Positions 57,350-64,000 of a DNA stretch of 64,000 bases are shown here, in pieces. The notes beneath the pieces were generated by a model that was not told where the DNA came from, did no database searches, and saw only the letters and a program-made list of their open reading frames with translations. Positions within the stretch are counted from its first letter, which is position 1. Every line of letters starts with the position of its first letter. The DNA lies in the NCBI GenBank assembly GCA_964607485.1, contig CAZSKP010000009.1, positions 79,895 through 143,894 on the forward strand, given 5' to 3'. Source of the stretch: an uncultured bacterium (GTDB taxonomy: Bacteria > Abyssobacteria > SURF-5). Both the position numbers and the translations under genes were made by a program.

Positions 57350-60300
57350 GATGCCCCCTCGTGCGTCTCGGACGGGAGTTCCCCATTGCTCTCAATCTTG
57401 ATCCGCTTGAGATATGCGACGGCGGGTTTCGTGTTAAGGTCTTTCAAAACCTGATAGCGACGCGGATGATTCCGAAAAATCTTTGTCACCTCTGATTGCG
57501 GGTCCATCAGGTCCCCGAAAATGAACACCCGCGTCGGGCACGACTGCAAACATGCGGGAAGAATTTCTCCATCGCGAACAGGCCTGTTTTCCCGGTAGGC
57601 GCGCTGCTCGGCCTGCCTTATGCGTTGAATGCAAAACGTGCACTTTTCCATCACTCCGCGCGAACGAACGGTGACCTCCGGATTCAATTGCAGATTCAGC
57701 GGCTCCGGCCATTCGTGGTTAAACCAGTTGAAACGCCTGACCTTGTAAGGACAGTTATTGGAGCAGTAGCGCGTGCCGATGCACCGGTTGTAAACCTGGG
57801 CGTTCAGCCCCTCGTCGTTATGAACCGCGGCAAACACCGGGCAAACCGGCTCGCATGGCGCCGCGTCGCAGTGCTGACAGAACATGGGAAGAAAGCCGAC
57901 GCGTCGAGGGTCGGCTTCGTCCCGATACGGAACGACCTTGAGCCAGGCCATCTCCAGCCCTCTCTGCACCTGTTCGGCGCCCATGATCGCGATATTGTTT
58001 TCGGCGTAACAGGCGACCGCGCAGGCGCCGCATCCGATGCATCTCGCCAGATCGACTGCCATCGCCCAGCGATGTCGCCTGTGCTCGTGGGGAGGATAAA
58101 TGTCTTCCGATTTCTTGTATCCTTCCGGAAGGGGCATATCGAGCTCTTCGACATTCCCGGGCTTGAGCTCACCGAAATCAGAAAGCGGTATCCACAGGAG
58201 GATATCCCTGCGATGTTGTTTCTGAGTCGCTGCGCCATACACCGGCTTCGACTGTCGGCCGGTCTTGCGAATGCTGACTCCAGGGAAAGGATGCTGGTCG
58301 TTCTGTGCCCCCAACAGCTTGAACGGATTCGCGCCTCTCTTGAGGGCATTTCTCCCTAATGCTGTGTGACCCTGGCCAAATGGAATGGCAACGGTGGCAA
58401 GGGCCACTTCGGCGGTGACCCGAACGGGCGCTTCCACCGTCCCGTATTGGTTCTTGAGTTCGACGACATCATCGTTCTTGATTCCGAGCGCCGCCGCCAT
58501 CTCCGGATGAACATCTATCCAGCTTCCCCATGTGATGTAGCTGATGGGTTCCGGCGACTCTTGCAGCCATGTGCGGTTGGCGACCCTCCCGTCAAAAAGC
58601 ATTATGGGAGGCCACACCCACAGTTTCATCGAGCTTGGTTCTTCCACCTCGTGCTCGGCAGCGGCAACGGGGGCATTTTTCGTGGTGTCAATAGAGCGAA
58701 GATTCAGGGAAACGGGCGAAGTTTCCTCCCACACGCCGCCGGAGCGGAGAGCTTCGGTCCAGAAACTATCGAACGCCTGTGATGCGGAAACGCGATTCCC
58801 CAACTGTTTCCACCTTTGCCGCAGCCACTGTTCAAAGTCGGCGGCGGGAGAGTCTGAGCCGTCCCGGGTAAGAGGCTTGCCGGCGGCCTTCCCTAAGTCC
58901 AGGAAAACGTCCCCGGCCATCCGCGTGTCGAACAGTTTCTGCATCGTGGGCTGCATCAAGCAATGAATGCCCGTATATGGCTCGTAATCCCCCCACGACT
59001 CCAACGGCGAATTGAGTGGCAGGAACCAATCGGCCATATTTGCGGTTTCATCCATAAGCAGGCCGAGATAGATGACTGTCCCGGCCCTGCGGATGTGTTC
59101 TGACGCCGGATTCAGGCTGTAAACAGGATTGGCGTCGTGGATAATCAACACATCATCCTTGCTCAAAGAAGAGAAGAAAGCTTCCACCTGCCCGTTTGTC
59201 GCGGTCTGCGACAAGGCGTGGAGTCGCGAGAAATCAACGGTATCGCCGACGCGGCCGGCCGCAAAGTTCAACAGGGCGGCGGCAAGCGCGGTTTCACGAG
59301 CGGCCGCGCCTGACGCTCCAACCGGGCCGGCAAGGGCGACGCTGGATTTCGACTCGACGAAAAGGCGGGTCCACTTTTCGATCACATCTCTTGAAATATT
59401 TTCGGGAAGATTCTTGTCGATTTCCTTTGAGTCGATCCAGGAAGAAATCTTGTCGGCTTCCCTGAGTGCCCATTTCCTGTCGAGCATAGTCTTGAGCATG
59501 GCCAGCGCCACCCAGCGCTCGTCCCCCGGCGACACCTGGAAAAATTCGTCTGCGTTTGCCGCGGTCATGGATAGCCTCGGGCCGACATATGCAAAGCGCC
59601 CCATCTTCCCTTCCCTGTCGGTGCGCATCCGGGAATACTGATGGGCGAATTGGACGGGGGATATCCAGCTTTCGAGGAAGTCGGCGGCGAAGCTCACGAC
59701 CACTTCGCAATTATCAAGCCGGTAATAAGGCACCGAAGAGTTTCCGAAGGCCGCCTCGTGGGCGTCGCGCAAAGGCTCATAATTGAATGGTTCATACATG
59801 AGGAGACGATTCGAGCCAAAGGACTCCGAGAAGGCCCTCATGATTTCCGCCAACGCGCCGGTCTGCAAGTTACTGAATACCGCTACCCTGCCCTCCGCCC
59901 GCCTCAGGGTGTTCCCGAGCGCTTCGAGCGCTTCCTCCCAACTTCGCTCCTCTTTAAGTCCATTCTGATTATGAAGAACTCTGCGCATCCGATCGGGGTC
60001 GTACAACCCCTGGAGGGAGGATTGCCCCCGAGGGCAAAGCCCGCCGCTATTCACAGGGTGAGAGGGGTTTCCCTCCGCTTTGGTGACCCGGCCGTCGCGA
60101 TGCCACAAGTGCATTCCGCAACCCGCCGGGCATTCTCTGCATGTGGTGGCGAAAAACGCCCACTCCCCCGGTTGAATGTGTTCCGGAGGAATGACATAGG
60201 GAATGAGTCTATGGAAGGCCTTTTCGGGCAAGCCGGTTACAGCGACAGCTCCACTACTGCCGGCGAGCCTCAGGAATTCGCGTCGCGATATCTCAGACAT
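57346..60300 (-). CDS. actB: ACIII ActB (molybdopterin-oxidoreductase-like domain plus Fe-S domain)
   Basis: Tat signal SRREFL, LIPYV.PPE..PG, WLQESPEP, CIGCGACAVAC, CQHC..APCEPVCP, YNRCIGTRYCSNNCPYKVRRFNW, NPEVTVRSRGVMEKCTFC. Confidence 0.93.
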   Translation of the reverse strand: MSEISRREFLRLAGSSGAVAVTGLPEKAFHRLIPYVIPPEHIQPGEWAFFATTCRECPAGCGMHLWHRDGRVTKAEGNPSHPVNSGGLCPRGQSSLQGLYDPDRMRRVLHNQNGLKEERSWEEALEALGNTLRRAEGRVAVFSNLQTGALAEIMRAFSESFGSNRLLMYEPFNYEPLRDAHEAAFGNSSVPYYRLDNCEVVVSFAADFLESWISPVQFAHQYSRMRTDREGKMGRFAYVGPRLSMTAANADEFFQVSPGDERWVALAMLKTMLDRKWALREADKISSWIDSKEIDKNLPENISRDVIEKWTRLFVESKSSVALAGPVGASGAAARETALAAALLNFAAGRVGDTVDFSRLHALSQTATNGQVEAFFSSLSKDDVLIIHDANPVYSLNPASEHIRRAGTVIYLGLLMDETANMADWFLPLNSPLESWGDYEPYTGIHCLMQPTMQKLFDTRMAGDVFLDLGKAAGKPLTRDGSDSPAADFEQWLRQRWKQLGNRVSASQAFDSFWTEALRSGGVWEETSPVSLNLRSIDTTKNAPVAAAEHEVEEPSSMKLWVWPPIMLFDGRVANRTWLQESPEPISYITWGSWIDVHPEMAAALGIKNDDVVELKNQYGTVEAPVRVTAEVALATVAIPFGQGHTALGRNALKRGANPFKLLGAQNDQHPFPGVSIRKTGRQSKPVYGAATQKQHRRDILLWIPLSDFGELKPGNVEELDMPLPEGYKKSEDIYPPHEHRRHRWAMAVDLARCIGCGACAVACYAENNIAIMGAEQVQRGLEMAWLKVVPYRDEADPRRVGFLPMFCQHCDAAPCEPVCPVFAAVHNDEGLNAQVYNRCIGTRYCSNNCPYKVRRFNWFNHEWPEPLNLQLNPEVTVRSRGVMEKCTFCIQRIRQAEQRAYRENRPVRDGEILPACLQSCPTRVFIFGDLMDPQSEVTKIFRNHPRRYQVLKDLNTKPAVAYLKRIKIESNGELPSETHEGAS

Positions 60301-60781
60301 GTGCCAGTCTCAACAATCCCGCTGCGCGCTCGACGCCGGTTGCAATCGATGGGAATATTCGGCGAATATATGACAAAGTATAACAGTTCTTTTCAGAGTC
60401 GCTAGAAGGGTTCTTGCGAAGGGCGGCATTTTCGTGCATTATTGACCAGACAGACACAATCCGCATCGGCTGGCCGACAGGTATGAGCGATTCCAGCGGT
60501 AACCAGGGTTACCCGTCAGGTCGCATTGGGTTCGGTGCTGTTCAGCAAGACTGGTCTCTTGCCGGGTTTTGCCGGGCTAGGGTTCCGCGCACGCCGCCCC
60601 CGCGGGTACTCATACGCACGAGCTCAAGCCTCAGGTGTTCAAGGTCATCCGACATTCGGACCGACCCAATAGTGAATCGCAAGCTCCGGCTCTGGTTTGC
60701 AAGCGCGTCGGAGCATCTGGCTCTTACATAAAAGGTTCCCGCTAGCTAACTGTCAGGCGACGAGTCATGGACTGAGATACC

Positions 60782-61162
60782 ATGAACACAGTGTTCTGGC
60801 CCTTCATCGTATATTTCCTCGCCACTCTGGTCCTGGTTACGGGCATGATTCTGATTTCATACTTTCTCGGCGAACGCCACGAGGAGAGGGTCACCGGCGA
60901 GCCATATGAATCGGGCATCCTCCCCACCGGCTCCGCTCGCCTTCGCTTTTCCATCAAGTTTTATCTCATCGCCATGTTCTTTGTTATCTTCGACGTCGAA
61001 TCGATATTCATTTTTGCGTGGGCGATCGCTTTCCGTGAATTGGGATGGGTGGCTTACATCGAGATGCTGGTTTTCATAGGCATTCTTATCTCCGCTCTCA
61101 TATATCTATGGCGAGTCGGCGCCCTGGATTGGGGCACGCGCCCGACGAGGAAAGACAACTGA
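60782..61162 (+). CDS. nuoA: NADH-quinone oxidoreductase subunit A
   Basis: PYESGI, KFYLIAMFFVIFDVE, GALDW. Confidence 0.96.
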   Translation: MNTVFWPFIVYFLATLVLVTGMILISYFLGERHEERVTGEPYESGILPTGSARLRFSIKFYLIAMFFVIFDVESIFIFAWAIAFRELGWVAYIEMLVFIGILISALIYLWRVGALDWGTRPTRKDN

Positions 61163-61182
61163 CTCAATAGAAAGAGCTTCCT

Positions 61183-61827
61183 ATGACGACGAAACGACGA
61201 AACGAGAAGACGCTTGTTCGGGAGACTACAGAGCAGGAAGAGCAGTCTCTCATGAAAGCAGTTCAGCAAAATGTGTTCCTCACCCGCTTGCAGGAACTCG
61301 TCGCCTGGTCGCGCAAGAATTCAATCTGGCCGTTCAATTTCGGCCTTTCGTGCTGCTACGTCGAAATGGCGACCAGCATCACGAGCAAATACGACATAGC
61401 CCGCTACGGCGCCGAGGTCATACGCGGTACGCCTCGCGAAGCGGACACCATGATCATCGCGGGGACGGTGTTCATAAAAATGGCGCCCGTCATAAAACGG
61501 CTTTACGAGCAGATGATGCAGCCGCGATGGGTGATATCAATGGGCTCATGCGCAAACTCCGGCGGAATGTACGACATCTACAGTGTCGTCCAGGGCGTTG
61601 ACAAATTTCTCCCCGTGGATGTGTATGTACCCGGCTGTCCGCCTCGACCCGACGCGTTCATGGAGGGCCTTCTGCTGCTCCGCGACGCCGTCGGCGCAGA
61701 GAAACGTCCTCTGAGTTGGTTCGCCGGCTCTCAGGAAGTGCGCAGGCCGGACATGCCGTGTCAGAGAGACGCCAAGCGCGCGGAAAGACAGAAGGCGACA
61801 ACATTGCGGTCTCCTGACGCCGTATGA
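61183..61827 (+). CDS. nuoB: NADH-quinone oxidoreductase subunit B
   Basis: [34 protein letters not shown]. Confidence 0.97.
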   Translation: MTTKRRNEKTLVRETTEQEEQSLMKAVQQNVFLTRLQELVAWSRKNSIWPFNFGLSCCYVEMATSITSKYDIARYGAEVIRGTPREADTMIIAGTVFIKMAPVIKRLYEQMMQPRWVISMGSCANSGGMYDIYSVVQGVDKFLPVDVYVPGCPPRPDAFMEGLLLLRDAVGAEKRPLSWFAGSQEVRRPDMPCQRDAKRAERQKATTLRSPDAV

Positions 61828-61846
61828 ATAAGACGAGGCTGTTCCG

Positions 61847-63586
61847 ATGAGCGATGTCCTAAACGAGCTTCAAGAAAAGCTGGGGCCCGAGATTCTGTAT
61901 CGCCAGGCGACGCGCGACGACGTGCCCACCATATGGATCCCCCAAGACACCGTTCACAATGCCCTGCAGTATTTGAAATCGGGCGTAAACAAGCCCTATC
62001 GGATGCTCTACGACCTTACCGCCATAGACGAACGCACCCGAAACAACCGGCATGGGCAGCCTGCAAGCGACTTTACGGTCGTCTATCATCTCTTCTCGTT
62101 CGACCGGAACGAATATGTTCGAATAAAGGTTGCGCTCGAGGGAGAGCATCCCCGCATTCGCACGATAACCGACATCTGGCCGTCTGCCAACTGGTACGAG
62201 AGAGAAATCTGGGATATGTTCGGCATCGAGGTGCAAGATCATCCGCGCCTTGAGCGCATCCTGATGCCGTCATGGTGGGAGGGTCACCCACTGCGGAAAG
62301 ACCACTACGCTCGCGCCACCGAGGCGGAACCGTTTTCTCTTCCCGAGGGAAAACACATCAGCGAAGAGGACCAGTCCACATTCCAGCCGGAGAAGTGGGG
62401 TTTGAAATGGGAGACGGAGGACACCGATATGATGTTCCTCAACCTCGGCCCTCAACACCCCGGCACTCACGGAGTCCTTCGAATCGTCCTGCAACTCGAC
62501 GACGAAGAAATTATCGACGCCGTGCCGGATATCGGCTTCCATCACCGAGGCGCTGAAAAGATGGGCGAGCGTCAATCATGGCACACCTACATTCCCTACA
62601 CCGACCGGATCGACTACCTCGGCGGGGTCATGAACAATCTTGCGTATCTCATGGCCCTCGAGAAGTTAGCCGGTATCGACGTTCCCGACAGGGCGAAGAT
62701 GATACGCGTCATGACGGCGGAACTGTTCCGCATCTCCAGCCATCTCGTCTGGTACGGAACCTTTGCGCAGGACGTGGGCGCGATGTCGCCGGTCTTCTAC
62801 ATGTTCACCGACCGCGAGAGAATTTTCGATAGTGTGGAGGCCATCTGCGGTGGCCGAATGCATCCGAGCTGGTTCCGCATCGGCGGCGTCGCGCAAGATT
62901 TGCCAAGCGGATGGGACAGGCTGGTTCGAGAATTCATCGACTACATGCCCGACCGTCTCAAAGAGTATGACAAGCTCGTGATGCAGAACAGTATCCTGAA
63001 GGCTCGGACGAAGGGTATCGGCGCATACACCGTCGATCAGGCGATCGACTGGGGAGTGACCGGTCCCGGCCTCCGCGCGTGCGGGCTGGAGTGGGACTTC
63101 CGCAAGAAGACGCCCTATTCCGGCTATGAGCAGTTCGATTTCGAAATTCCGACGGGACACAACGGCGATAGTTACGACCGCGCGCTCGTTCGTGTCGAAG
63201 AGATTCGACAGAGCCTCAGGATCATACGACAGTGTGTCGATAACATGCCGGCCGGGCCATACAAGTCGGACCACCCACTGGCGACACCGCCGCTCAAAGA
63301 GCATACGATGCACGACATCGAGACGCTTATCGACCATTTTCTAAATGTCAGCTGGGGGCCGGTCGTCCCGCCGGGCGAGGCATTCTTCGGCATCGAAGCG
63401 ACGAAAGGCAACAACGGCTATTATCTCATCAGCGACGGCAGCACTGTCTCCTATCGCACGCGCATTCGCACTCCGTCTTTCCCCCACGTTCAAATGCTGC
63501 CGTTGATTTCGCGCGGACTGATGATTCCCGACCTGTTGGCCATACTGGGAAGCATCGACTTTGTGCTTGCGGACATAGACCGCTGA
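61847..63586 (+). CDS. nuoCD: NADH-quinone oxidoreductase fused subunit C/D
   Basis: [59 protein letters not shown]. Confidence 0.97.
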   Translation: MSDVLNELQEKLGPEILYRQATRDDVPTIWIPQDTVHNALQYLKSGVNKPYRMLYDLTAIDERTRNNRHGQPASDFTVVYHLFSFDRNEYVRIKVALEGEHPRIRTITDIWPSANWYEREIWDMFGIEVQDHPRLERILMPSWWEGHPLRKDHYARATEAEPFSLPEGKHISEEDQSTFQPEKWGLKWETEDTDMMFLNLGPQHPGTHGVLRIVLQLDDEEIIDAVPDIGFHHRGAEKMGERQSWHTYIPYTDRIDYLGGVMNNLAYLMALEKLAGIDVPDRAKMIRVMTAELFRISSHLVWYGTFAQDVGAMSPVFYMFTDRERIFDSVEAICGGRMHPSWFRIGGVAQDLPSGWDRLVREFIDYMPDRLKEYDKLVMQNSILKARTKGIGAYTVDQAIDWGVTGPGLRACGLEWDFRKKTPYSGYEQFDFEIPTGHNGDSYDRALVRVEEIRQSLRIIRQCVDNMPAGPYKSDHPLATPPLKEHTMHDIETLIDHFLNVSWGPVVPPGEAFFGIEATKGNNGYYLISDGSTVSYRTRIRTPSFPHVQMLPLISRGLMIPDLLAILGSIDFVLADIDR

Positions 63587-63617
63587 CCGGGAGAACGAGA
63601 GATTGCAGAGGAAAAGT

Positions 63618-64000
63618 ATGCTGACGGATGAAGAGCAGAGGGAAATAGAAGAGGAAGCTCAAAAGTACAGACAAAAGCGGGCTGCCGGTCCCGAAGCGCT
63701 CAGAATCGTGCAACGGCATCGCGGTTGGATCTCGGATGAATGCCTCGAGGACGTCGCCCGGTTCCTCGATATGACGGATGACGAGCTTGACAGTGTCGCC
63801 ACATGCTACAACCTTATCTTCAGACAACAAGTGGGCAGGCACGTGATCCTGATCTGCGACAGCGTCTGCTGCTGGATAATGGGCTACGAGAATATCCGCG
63901 ACCATCTCGCGAAGCGTCTCGGCATAACACCGGGACAAACTACGCCCGACGGCCGCTTCACGCTTCTGCCGATCGGCTGCATCGGAGCATGCGACAGGGC
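63618..64000 (+). CDS. nuoE: NADH-quinone oxidoreductase subunit E, partial (runs off window end)
   Basis: Not in the ORF track; from ATG 63618: MLTDEEQREIEEE...EALRIVQRHRGWIS...VATCYNLIFR..VGRHVILICDSVCC...DGRFTLLPIGCIGACDR. Confidence 0.93.
   Translation, partial: MLTDEEQREIEEEAQKYRQKRAAGPEALRIVQRHRGWISDECLEDVARFLDMTDDELDSVATCYNLIFRQQVGRHVILICDSVCCWIMGYENIRDHLAKRLGITPGQTTPDGRFTLLPIGCIGACDR

Noticed and set aside
60540-60660. 37-codon minus-strand ORF MSDDLEHLRLELVR... in the actB-nuoA spacer
   Set aside because: No clear RBS or recognisable family; too short to support.
41100-64000. Calling the right-hand block a defined mobile element
   Set aside because: No integrase, transposase, tRNA target or terminal repeats are visible; only gene content and an impression of composition suggest acquisition.

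Overview
GC-rich bacterial chromosome segment, probably from an anaerobic or microaerophilic, diderm, uncultured-type lineage. Taxonomy cannot be fixed from the sequence alone. No tRNA, rRNA, CRISPR array or intact mobile element was recognised. 1-9 kb is accessory: a penicillin-acylase-family gene running off the left edge, a divergent IlvD/Edd dehydratase, a Spinster-type MFS, a thiolase stub, two GNATs, a metallophosphoesterase and a PRC-barrel protein. 9-39 kb is mostly core: dxr-rseP-ispG-proS-valS, a PIP-synthase/PfkB pair, a TMEM43-like gene, pckA, and lysA-disA-pyrK-pyrD-pyrF-pyrE-GNAT-glgP. It also holds a membrane protein-HAD-pseudokinase-PilZ cluster, DUF166, and an internally deleted 2-oxoacid:ferredoxin oxidoreductase alpha gene next to an intact beta gene. 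39-41 kb carries a sigma54-type PEP-CTERM gene and a cluster-less MutY. 41-64 kb looks like a stress/respiration block: DegP/Q, a P3A H+-ATPase between two paralogous secreted helical proteins, an archaeal-type glucose dehydrogenase, CPBP, DedA, a 10-gene Alternative Complex III operon, and a divergent nuoA-B-CD-E. The best candidates for an undescribed system are (1) the rearranged ACIII operon, which has a divergent cbb3-like oxidase inserted inside it, fused ActC-D, a two-heme CcoO fusion, no CcoP, an ActE lacking its Met ligand and two orphan membrane proteins; (2) the intact pseudokinase coupled to a membrane PilZ protein; and (3) a putative inositol-kinase/PIP-synthase salvage pair. All family calls come from motif recognition by eye, not from database searches.
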